A DNA stretch of 64,000 bases, from assembly GCA_964016885.1 (NCBI GenBank), contig OZ024742.1, positions 284,766,001 through 284,830,000 of the forward strand. The letters are read 5' to 3'. A program made the translations under genes and the position numbers. This stretch comes from Eledone cirrhosa (Eukaryota). Shown here one piece after another: positions 36,621 to 50,599 of the stretch (position 1 is its first letter; each line of letters begins with the position of its first letter). The notes under the pieces are model-generated. The model was not told the origin of the DNA and ran no database searches. It was given only the letters and a program-made list of their open reading frames with translations.

Positions 36621-37599
36621 TACTAGAAACACCACCACCACCATTACCACAAACACCACCACCGCCATTACTACAAACACCTCCACCACCATTACCACAC
36701 ACACCACCACCACCATTACTACAAACACCACCACCACCATTAGACAAACACCACCACCACCATTAATACAAACACCACCACCACCTTAAACACCACCACC
36801 ACCATTACCACAAACACCACCACCACCATTACTACAAACACCACCACCACCATTACTACAAACACCACCCACCACCATTACTACAAACACCACCACCACC
36901 ATTACCACAAGCCCCACCACCACCATTACCACAAACCCCACCACCACCATTACCACAAACACCACCACCACCATTACCACAAACACCACCATTACTACAA
37001 ACACCTCCACCACCATTACCACACACACCACCAGCACCATTACTACAAACACCACCACCACCATTACCACAAACACTACCACCACCATTACTACAAACAC
37101 CTCCACCACCATTACCACACACACCACCAGCACCATTACTACAAACACCACCACCACCATTACCACAAACATCACCACCACCATTACTACAAACACTACC
37201 ACCTCCATTACTACAAACACCACCACCACCATTACCACAAACACTACCACAACCATTACTACAAACACCACCACCACCATTACCACAAACACTACCACCA
37301 CCATTACTACAAACACCACCACCACCATTACTACAAACACCACCACCACCATTACTACAAACACCACCACCACCATTACTACAAACACTACCACCACCAT
37401 TACCACAAACACCACCACCACCATTACCACAAACACCACCACCACCATTACCACAAACACCACCACCTCCATTACCACAAACACCACCACCACCATTACC
37501 ACAAACACCACCACCACCATTACTACAAACACCACCACCATCATTACCACAAACACTACCACCACCATTACTACAAACACCACCACCACCATTACTAGA

Positions 37600-40500
37600 A
37601 ACACCACCACCGCCATTACCACAAACACCACCACCACCATTACTACAAACACCACCACCACCATTACTACAAACACTACCACCACCATTACCACAAACAC
37701 CACCACCACCATTACCACAAACACCACCACCACCATTACCACAAACACCACCACTTCCATTACCACAAACACCACCACCACCATTACCACAAACACCACC
37801 ACCACCATTACCACAAACACCACCACCACCATTACCACAAACACCACCACCACCATTACTACAAACACCACCACCACCATTACTACAAACACCACCACCA
37901 CCATTACTACAAACACCACCACCACCATTACCACAAACACTACCACCACCATTACTACAAACACCACCACCACCATTACTACAAACACAACCACCACCAT
38001 TACCACAAACACTACCACCACCATTACTACAAACACCACCACCACCATTACTACAAACACCACAACCACCATTACTACAAACACCACCTCCACCATTACC
38101 ACAAACACCACCACCACCATTACTACAAACACCACCACCACCATTACCACAAAGACCACCACCGCCATTACCACAAACACCACCACCGCCATTACTACAA
38201 ACACCTCCACCACCATTACCACACACACCACCACCACCATTACTAGAAACACGACCACCACCATTACTACAAACAACACCACCACCATTACTACAAACAC
38301 CACCACCACCTTAAACACCACCACCACCATTACCACAAAGACCACCACCGCCATCACTACAAACACTACCACCACCATTACCACAAACACCACCACCACC
38401 ATTACCACAAACACCACCACCACCATTACCACAAACACTACCACCACCATTACTACAAACACCACCACCACCTTTACCACAAACACCACCACCACCATTA
38501 CCACAAACACCACCACCACCACCACCACAAAAACCACCACCACCATTACTACAAACACCACCACCACCTTTACCACAAACACCACCACCACCATTACTAC
38601 CAACACCACCACCACCACTACCACAAACACCACCACCACCATTACCACAAACACCACCACCACCATTACCACAAACACCACCACCAGCATTACCACAAAC
38701 ACCACCACCACCATTACCACAAACACCACCACCACCATTACCACAAACACCACCACCACCATTACTACAAACAACACCACCACCATTACTACAAACACCA
38801 CCACCACCAGCATTACTACAAACACCACCACCACCATTACTACAAACACCACCACCACCACCATTACTACAAACACCACCACCACCATTACTACTAACAC
38901 CACCACCACCAGCATTACTACAAACACCACCACCACCATTACTACAAACACCACCACCACCATTACTAGCAACACCACCACCACCATTACTACAAACACC
39001 ACCACCACCATTACTACAAACACCACCACCACCATTACTACCAACACCACCACCACCATTACTACAAACACCACCACCACCATTACTACAAACACCACCA
39101 CCACCATTACCACAAACACCACCACCACCATTACTACAAACACCACCACCACCACCACCATTACTACAAACAACACCACCACCATTACTACAAACACCAC
39201 CACCACCATTACTACAAACACCACCACCTCCATTACTACAAACACCACCACCACCAGCATTTCTACAAACACCACCACCACCATTACTACAAACACCACC
39301 ACCACCATTACTACAAACACCACCACCACCATTACTACAAACACCACCACCACCATTACTACAAACACCACCACCACCAGCATTACTACAAACACCACCA
39401 CCAACATTACTACAAACACCACCACCACCATTATCACAAACACCACCACCACCATTACTACAAACACCACCACCACCATTACTGCCAACACCACCACCAC
39501 CATTACTACAAACACCACCACCACCATTACTACAAACACCACCACCACCATTACTACCTACACCACCACCACCATTACTACAAACACCACAACCACCATT
39601 ACTACAAACACCACCACCACCATTACTACCAACACCACCACCACCATTACTACAAACACCACCACCACCATTACTACAAACACCACCACCACCATTACTA
39701 CAAACACCACCACCACCATTACCGCAAACACCACCACCACCATTACTACAAACACCACAACCACCATTACTACAAACACCACCACCACCATTACTACAAA
39801 CACCACCACCACCATTACCGCAAACACCACCACCACCATTACTACAAACACCACCACCACCATTACTACAAACACCACCACCACCATTACCGCAAACACT
39901 ACCACCACCATTACTACAAACACCACCACCACCATTACTACAAACACCACCACCACCATTACTACAAACACCACCACCACCATTACTACAAACACCACCA
40001 CCACTACCATTACTACAAACACCACCACCACCATTACTACAAACACCACCACCACCATTCCCGCAAACACCACCACCACCATTACTACAAACACCACCAC
40101 CACCATTACTACAAACACCACCACCACCATTACTACCAACACCACCACCACCATTACTACAAACACCACCACCACCATTACTACAAACACCACCACCACC
40201 ATTACTACAAACACCACCACCACCACTACTACAAACACCACCACCACCATTACTCCAAAGAATACCACCACCATTACTACAAACACCACCACCACCATTA
40301 CTACAAACACCACCACCACCATTACCGCAAACACCACCACCACCATTACTACAAACACCACCACCACCATTACCGCAAACACTACCACCACCATTACTAC
40401 AAACACCACCACCACCATTACTACAAACACCACCACCACCATTACTACAAACACCACCACCACCATTACTACAAACACCACCACCACTACCATTACTACA

Positions 40501-43500
40501 AACACCACCACCACCATTACCACAAACACTACCACCACCATTACTACAAACACCACCACCGCCATTACTACAAATACCACCACCACCATTACCACAAACA
40601 CTACCACCACCATTACTACAAACACCACCACCGCCATTACTACAAATACCACCACCACCATTACCACAAACACTACCACCACCATTACTACAAACACCAC
40701 CACCTCCATTACTACAAATACCACCACCACCATTACCACAAACACTACCACCACCATTACTACAAACACCACCACCGCCATTACTACAAATACCACCACC
40801 ACCATTACCACAAACACCACCACCACCATTACTACAAACACCACCACCGCCATTACTACAAATACCACCACCACCATTACCACAAACACCACCACCACCA
40901 TTACTACAAACACCACCACCACCATTACCACAAACACCACCACCACCATTACTACAAACACCACCACCACCATTACTACAAACACCACCACCACCATTAC
41001 TACAAACAGCACCATCACCATTACTACAAACACCACCACCGCCATTACTACAAATACCACCACATCCATTACCACAAACACCACCACCACCATTACTACA
41101 AACACTACCACCACCATTACTACAAACACCACCACCACCATTACTACAAATACCACCACCACCATTACCACAAACACCACCACCACCATTACCACAAACA
41201 CCACCACCACCATTACTACAAACATCACCACCACCATTACTACAAACACCTCCACCACCATTACCACAAACACCTCCACCACCATTACCACAAACACCAC
41301 CACCACCATTACCACAAACACCACCACCACCATTACCACAAACACCACCACCACCATTACCACAAACACCACAACCACCATTACCACAAACACCACCACC
41401 ACCATTACTACAAACACCACCACCACCATTACTACAAACACCTCCACCACCATTACCACACACACCACCAGCACCATTACTACAAACACCACCACCACCA
41501 TTAGACAAACACCACCACCACCATTAATACAAACACCACCACTACCTTAAACACCACCACCACCATTACCACAAACACCACCACCACCATTACTACAAGC
41601 CCCACCACCACCATTACCACAAACCCCACCACCACCATTACCACAAACACCACCACCACCATTACCACAAACACCACCATTACTACAAACACCTCCACCA
41701 CCATTACCACACACACCACCGGCACCATTACTACAAACACCACCACCACCATTACCACAAACACTACCACCACCATTACTACAAACACCTCCACCACCAT
41801 TACCACACACACCACCAGCACCATTACTACAAACACCACCACCACCATTACCACAAACATCACCACCACCATTACTACAAACACTACCACCTCCATTACT
41901 ACAAACACCACCACCACCATTACCACAAACACTACCACCACCATTACTACAAACACCACCACCACCATTACCACAAACACTACCACCACCATTACTACAA
42001 ACACCACCACCACCATTACTACAAACACCACAACCACCATTACTACAAACACCACCACCACCATTACCACAAACACCACCACCACCATTACTACAAACAC
42101 CACCACCATCATTACCACAAACACTACCACCACCATTACTACAAACACCACCACCACCATTACTAGAAACACCACCACCGCCATTACCACAAACACTACC
42201 ACTACCATTACCACAAACACCACCACCACCATTACTAGAAACACCACCACCTCCATTACCACAAACACCACCACCGCCATTACTACAAACACCTCCACCA
42301 CCATTACCACACACACCACCACCACCATTACTACAAACACCACCACCACCATTAGACAAACACCACCACCACCATTAATACAAACACCACCACCACCTTA
42401 AACACCACCACCACCATTACCACAAAGACCACCACCGCCATTACTACAAACACCACCACCAGCATTACTACAAACACCACCACCACCATTACTACAAACA
42501 CCACCACCAGCATTACCACAAACACCACCACCACCATTACCACAAACACCACCACCACCATTACTACAAACACCACCACCACCATTACTACAAACACTAC
42601 CACCACCATTACCACAAACACCACCACCACCATTACCACAAACACCACCACCACCATTACCACAAACACCACCACCTCCATTACCACAAACACCACCACC
42701 ACCATTACCACAAACACCACCACCACCATTACCACAAACACCACCACCACCATTACCACAAACACCACCACCACCATTACTACAAACACCACCACCACCA
42801 TTACTACAAACACCACCACCACCATTACTACAAACACCACCACCACCATTACCACAAACACTACCACCACCATTACTACAAACACCACCACCACCATTAC
42901 TACAAACACAACCACCAACATTACCACAAACACTACCACCACCATTACTACAAACACCACCACCACCATTACTACAAACACCACCTCCACCATTACCACA
43001 AACACCACCACCACCATTACTACAAACACCACCACCACCATTACCACAAAGACCACCACCGCCATTACCACGAACACCACCACCGCCATTACTACAAACA
43101 CCTCCACCACCATTACCACACACACCACCACCACCATTACTAGAAACACGACCACCACCATTACTACAAACACCACCACCACCATTACTACAAACACCAC
43201 CACCACCTTAAACACCACCACCACCATTACCACAAAGACCACCACCGCCATCACTACAAACACCACCACCACCATTACCACAAACACCACCACCACCATT
43301 ACCACAAACACCACCACCACCATTACCACAAACACTACCACCACCATTACTACAAACACCACCACCACCTTTACCACAAACACCACCACCACCATTACCA
43401 CAAACACCACCACCACCACCACCACAAAAACCACCACCACCATTACTACAAACACCACCACCACCTTTACCACAAACACCACCACCACCATTACTACCAA

Positions 43501-46300
43501 CACCACCACCACCACTACCACAAACACCACCACCACCATTACCACAAACACCACCACCACCATTACCACAAACACCACCACCAGCATTACCACAAACACC
43601 ACCACCACCATTACCACAAACACCACCACCACCATTACCACAAACACCACCACCACCATTACTACAAACAACACCACCACCATTACTACAAACACCACCA
43701 CCACCAGCATTACTACAAACACCACCACCACCATTACTACAAACACCACCACCACCACCATTACTACAAACACCACCACCACCATTACTACTAACACCAC
43801 CACCACCAGCATTACTACAAACACCACCACCACCATTAATACAAACACCACCACCACCATTACTACAAACACCACCACCACCATTACTAGCAACACCACC
43901 ACCACCATTACTACAAACACCACCACCACCATTACTACAAACACCACCACCACCATTACTACCAACACCACCACCACCATTACTACAAACACCACCACCA
44001 CCATTACTACAAACACCACCACCACCATTACCACAAACACCACCACCACCATTACTACAAACACCACCACCACCACCACCATTACTACAAACAACACCAC
44101 CACCATTACTACAAACACCACCACCACCATTACTACAAACACCACCACCTCCATTACTACAAACACCACCACCACCAGCATTTCTACAAACACCACCACC
44201 ACCATTACTACAAACACCACCACCACCATTACTACAAACACCACCACCACCATTACTACAAACACCACCACCACCATTACTACAAACACCACCACCACCA
44301 GCATTACTACAAACACCACCACCACCATTACTACAAACACCACCACCACCATTACCACAAACACCACCACCACCATTACTACAAACACCACCACCACCAT
44401 TACTACAAACACCACCACCACCATTACTACAAACACCACCACCACCATTACTACAAACACCACCACCACCATTACTACAAACACCACCACCACCATTACT
44501 ACCTACACCACCACCACCATTACTACAAACACCACAACCACCATTACTACAAACACCACCACCACCATTATTACCAACACCACCACCACCATTACTACAA
44601 ACACCACCACCACCATTACTACAAACACCACCACCACCATTACTACAAACACCACCACCACCATTACCGCAAACACCACCACCACCATTACTACAAACAC
44701 CACAACCACCATTACTACAAACACCACCACCACCATTACTACAAACACCACCACCACCATTACCGCAAACACCACCACCACCATTACTACAAACACCACC
44801 ACCACCATTACTACAAACACCACCACCACCATTACCGCAAACACTACCACCACCATTACTACAAACACCACCACCACCATTACTACAAACACCACCACCA
44901 CCATTACTACAAACACCACCACCACCATTACTACAAACACCACCACCACTACCATTACTACAAACACCACCACCACCATTACTACAAACACCACCACCAC
45001 CATTCCCGCAAACACCACCACCACCATTACTACAAACACCACCACCACCATTACTACAAACACCACCACCACCATTACTACCAACACCACCACCACCATT
45101 ACTACAAACACCACCACCACCATTACTACAAACACCACCACCACCATTACTACAAACACCACCACCACCATTACTACAAACACCACCACCACCATTACTC
45201 CAAAGAATACCACCACCATTACTACAAACACCACCACCACCATTACTACAAACACCACCACCACCATTACCGCAAACACCACCACCACCATTACTACAAA
45301 CACCACCACCACCATTACCGCAAACACTACCACCACCATTACTACAAACACCACCACCACCATTACTACAAACACCACCACCACCATTACTACAAACACC
45401 ACCACCACCATTACTACAAACACCACCACCACTACCATTACTACAAACACCACCACCACCATTACCACAAACACTACCACCACCATTACTACAAACACCA
45501 CCACCGCCATTACTACAAATACCACCACCACCATTACCACAAACACTACCACCACCATTACTACAAACACCACCACCGCCATTACTACAAATACCACCAC
45601 CACCATTACCACAAACACCACCACCACCATTACTACAAACACCACCACCGCCATTACTACAAATACCACCACCACCATTACCACAAACACCACCACCACC
45701 ATTACTACAAACACCACCACCACCATTACCACAAACACCACCACCACCATTACTACAAACACCACCACCACCATTACTACAAACACCACCACGACCATTA
45801 CTACAAACAGCACCATCACCATTACTACAAACACCACCACCGCCATTACTACAAATACCACCACATCCATTACCACAAACACCACCACCACCATTACTAC
45901 AAACACTACCACCACCATTACTACAAACACCACCACCACCATTACTACAAATACCACCACCACCATTACCACAAACACCACCACCACCATTACCACAAAC
46001 ACCACAACCACCATTACTACAAACATCACCACCACCATTACTACAAACACCTCCACCACCATTACCACAAACACCTCCACCACCATTACCACAAATACCA
46101 CCACCACCATTACCACAAACACCACCACCACCATTACCACAAACACCACCACCACCATTACCACAAACACCACAACCACCATTACCACAAACACCACCAC
46201 CACCATTACTACAAACACCACCACCACCATTACTACAAACACCTCCACCACCATTACCACACACACCACCAGCACCATTACTACAAACACCACCACCACC
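37600..46300. repeat. Higher-order duplication, offset ~4.9 kb (~37600-41500 / ~42550-46300)
   Basis: Paired coordinates 38226/43123 and 38311/43208 (+4897), and 39558/44503 (+4945). Rare variants ACTAGCAAC, AGCATTTCT, ACCTACACC, ATTCCCGCA, ACTCCAAAGAAT and AACAGCACCATC appear in the same order in both copies. Confidence 0.87.
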
Positions 46301-49053
46301 ATTACCACAAACACTACCACCACCATTACTACAAACACCACCACCACCAATACTACAAACACCATAACCACCATTACTACAAACACTCCCACCACCATTA
46401 CCACAAACACTACCGCCACCATTACTACAAACACCACCACCACCATTACTACAAACACCACAACCACCTTTACTACAAACACCACCACCACCATTACCAC
46501 AAACACCACCACCACCATTACTACAAACACCACCACCACCATTACTACAAACACTACCACCACCATTACTACAAACACCACCACCACCATTACTACAAAC
46601 ACCACAACCACCATTACTACAAACACCACCACCACCATTACCACAAACACCACCATCGCCATTACTACAAACACCTCCACCACCATTACCACACACACCA
46701 CCACCACCATTACTAGAAACACCACCACCACCATTACTACATACACCACCACCACCATTACGACAAACACCACCACCACCATTACTACAAACATCACCAC
46801 CACCTTAAACACCACCACCACCATTACCACAAAGACCACCACCGCCATTACTACAAACACCACCACCAGCATTACTACAAACACCACCACCACCATTACC
46901 ACAAACACCACCACCACCATTACTACAAACACCACCACCAGCATTACCACAAACACCACCACCACCATTACCACAAACACCACCACCTCCATTACTACAA
47001 ACACCACCACCAGCATTACCACAAACACCACCACCACCATTACCACAAACACCACCACCTCCATTACTACAAACACCACCACCACCATTACTACAAACAC
47101 CACCACCACCATTACCACAAACACCACCACCACCATTACCACAAACACCACCACCACCATTACCACAAACACCACCACCTCCATTACCACAAACACCACC
47201 ACCACCATTACCACAAACACCACCACCACCATTACCACAAACACCAACACCACCATTACCACAAACACCACCACCACCATTACTATAAACACCACTACCA
47301 CCATTACTACAAACACCACCACCACCATTACTACAAACACCACCACCACCATTACCACAAACACTACCACCACCATTACTACAAACACCACCACCACCAT
47401 TACTACAAACACCACCACCACCATTACTACAAACACCACCAGCACCATTACCACAAACACTACCACCACCATTACTACAAACACCACCACCACCATTACT
47501 ACAAACACCACAACCACCATTACTACAAACACCACCACCACCACCATTACCACAAAGACCACCACCGCCATTACCACAAACACCACCACCGCCATTACTA
47601 CAAACACCTCCACCACCATTACCACACACACCACCACCACCATTACTAGAAACACCACCACCACCATTACTACAAACACCACCACCACTATTACTACAAA
47701 CACCACCACCACCTTAAACACCACCACCACCATTACCACAAAGACCACCACCGCCATTACTACAAACACCACCACCACCATTACCACAAACACCACCACC
47801 ACCATTACCACAAACACCACCACCACCATTACCACAAACACCACCACCACCATTACTACTAATACCACCACCACCATTACCACAAACACCACCACCGCCA
47901 TTACACAAAGACCACCACCACCATTACTACAAACACCACCACCGCCATTACACAAAGACCACCACCACCATTACTACAAACACCACCACCAGCATTACCA
48001 CAAACACCACCACCAGCATTACCACAAACACCACCACCTCCATTACTACAAACACCACCACCAGCATTACCACAAACACCACCACCACCATTACTACAAA
48101 CACCACCACCACCATTACCACAAACACCACCACCACCATTACCACAAACACCACCACCACCATTACTCCAAACACCAACACCAGCATTACCACAAACAAC
48201 ACCACCACCATTACCACAAACACCACCACGACCATTACTACAAACACCACAACCAGCATTACCACAAACACCACCACCACCATTACTACAAACACCCCCA
48301 CCACCATTACCACAAACACCACCATCACCATTACTACAAACACCACAACCAGCATTACCACAAACACCACCACCACCATTACCACAAACACCACCACCTC
48401 CATTACTACAAACACCACCACCAACATTACTACAAACACCACCACCACCATTACCACAATCACCACCACCACCATTACCACAAACACCACCACCACCATT
48501 ACCACAAACACCACCACCACCATTACCACAAACACCACCACCACCATTACTACAAACACCACCACCACCATTACTACAAACACCACCACCGCCATTACTA
48601 CAAACACCACCACCACCATTACCACAAACACCACCACCACCATTACCACAAACACCACCACCTCCATTACCACAAACACCACCACCACCATTACCACAAA
48701 CACCACCACCAGCATTACCACAAACACCACCACCACCATTACCACAAACACCACCACCACCATTACCACAAACACCACCACCACCATTACCACAAACACC
48801 ACCACCACCATTACCACAAACACCACCACCACCATTACCACAAACACCACCACCACCATTACTACAAACACCACCACCACCATTACCGCAAACACCACCA
48901 CCACCATTACCACAAACCCCACCACCACCATTACTACAAACCCCCCCACCACCATTACTACAAACACCACCACCACCATTACCACAAACACTACCACCAC
49001 CATTACTACAAACAACACCACCACCATTACTACAATCAGCACCACCTCCATTA

Positions 49054-49108
49054 CAAGACACTTTATTTCACATTGCTCCAGTTTACTCAGCTGTAGAAAT
49101 GAGGTGAT
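49054..49108 (+). other. CORE-SINE (MIR-core-like) domain, 3' part
   Basis: CAAGACACTTTATTTCACATTGCTCCAGTTTACTCAGCTGTAGAAATGAGGTGAT aligns by eye with the recalled MIR core CAAGTCACTTAACCTCTCTGAGCCTCAGTTTCCTCATCTGTAAAATGGGGATAAT (shared CAAG.CACTT, CAGTTT.CTCA.CTGTA, AAATG.GG). Confidence 0.65.
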
Positions 49109-49282
49109 AGGGACTGGGGTCCTTATCATTCCACTGCAAAGTGGTCGTGGAGGTGCCACAGCAAAAAAGCACCCAGCACTCACTGTAAATGAGGTTGGTG
49201 TTAGGAAGGGCATCCAGCTGTAGAATCAAGCCACCATCAGTTCCCGTCCCACCCTTGCAAGCAGGAAAAAAGCGGACGTAAA

Positions 49283-49300
49283 ATGAAATGATGAATGATG
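49283..49300 (+). repeat. Degenerate (ATG/GAT)n microsatellite tail at the 3' end of the SINE
   Basis: ATGAAATGATGAATGATG lies immediately before the array resumes. Short tandem-repeat tails are typical of RTE-clade LINEs and their SINEs. Confidence 0.65.
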
Positions 49301-50599
49301 ACCACAACCGCAATTACTACAAACACAACCACCACCATTACTACAAATACCACCACCACCATTACTACAAACACCTCCACCACCATTACTACAAACACCA
49401 TCACCAGCATTACCACAAACACCACCACCACCACCATTACTACAAACACCACCACCACCATTACTACAAACACTACCACCACCATTACTACAAACACCAC
49501 CACCACCATTACTACAAACACCACCACCACCATTACCATAAACACTACCACCACCATTACTACAAACACCACCACCACCATTACCACAAAAACCACCACC
49601 ACCATTACTACAAACACCACCACCACCATTACCACAAACCCCACCACCACCATTACTACCAACACTACCACCACCATTACTACAAACTCCACCACCACCA
49701 TAAACACCACCACCACCATTACTACAAACACCACCACCACCATTACTACAAACACCACCACCACCATTACTACAAACACCACCACCACCATTACTACAAA
49801 CACGACCACCACCATTATTAGAAACACCACCACCACCATTACTACAAACACCACCACCACCATTACTACAAACACCACCACCGCCATTACTACAAACACG
49901 ACCACCACCATTACTACAAACACCACCACCACCATTACCACAAACACCACCACTGCCATTACTATAAACACCACCACCACCATTACTACAAACACCACCA
50001 CAACCATTACTACAAACACCACCACCACCATTACCACAAACCCCACCACCACCATTACTACAAACACCACCACCTCCATTACTACAAACACCACCACCAC
50101 CATTACCACAAACACCACCACCGCCATTACTACAAACACCACCACCACCATTACTACAAACACCACCACCACCATTACCACAATCACCACCACCGCCATT
50201 ATTACAAACACCACCACCACCATTACCACAAACCCCACCACCACCATTACTACCAACACTACAACCACCATTACTACAAACTCCACCACCACCATAAACA
50301 CCACCACCACCATTACTACAAACACCACCACCACCATTACTACAAACACCACCACCACCATTACTACAAACACCACCACCACCATTACCATAAACACCAC
50401 CACCACCATTACCACAAACACCACCACCACCATTACTACAAACACCACCACTGCCATTACTACAAACACCACCACTGCCATTACCACAAACACCACCACC
50501 ACACCATTACTACAAACACCACCACCACCATTACTACCAACACCACCACCACCATTACTGCAAACACCACCACTACCATTACTACCAACACCACCACCA

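Larger units (their letters stand above)
1..49053. repeat. 24-bp tandem repeat array (mini/satellite), left arm; consensus ACCACCACCACCATTAC(T/C)ACAAAC, ~2,040 units, open at window start
   Basis: The unit is directly visible and repeats head-to-tail throughout. Variants are point changes, +/-ACC triplets and occasional 1-bp indels. G is nearly absent from the + strand. Confidence 0.98.
49054..49300 (+). mobile_element. 5'-truncated SINE fragment (CORE-like segment + RTE-type 3' tail), resembling octopus/cephalopod SINEs
   Basis: This is the only non-repeat, G-containing sequence in the window. It has a CORE-like 5' part, the motifs AAAAAGCACCC..GGTTGGTGTTAGGAAGGGCATCCAGCTGTAGAA and CCGTCCCACCCTTGCAAGCAGGAAAAAAGCGGACGTAAAATG, and ends in a degenerate (ATG)n tail. 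The family assignment is from recalled similarity, not a search. No tRNA-derived head (A/B boxes) is seen. Confidence 0.75.

Noticed and set aside
27920-48720. Chi-like GCTGGTGG on the minus strand (CCACCAGC variants)
   Set aside because: It is a one-base variant of (ACC)n, and RecBCD Chi has no relevance in apparently eukaryotic satellite DNA.
49062-49067. AATAAA polyadenylation signal on the minus strand
   Set aside because: It lies within the CORE-like segment, and there is no supporting transcript context.
49088-49225. 11-bp direct repeat CAGCTGTAGAA (49088-49098, 49215-49225) as a possible target-site duplication
   Set aside because: Both copies sit inside what appear to be intrinsic SINE motifs rather than at element ends, so the repeat cannot be supported as a TSD.
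49083-49313. 76-aa minus-strand ORF (MRLWSSFIISF...) and the N-terminus of ORF 47948..49213
   Set aside because: These are short ORFs antisense to the SINE-like island, with no recognisable motif, and are expected by chance.
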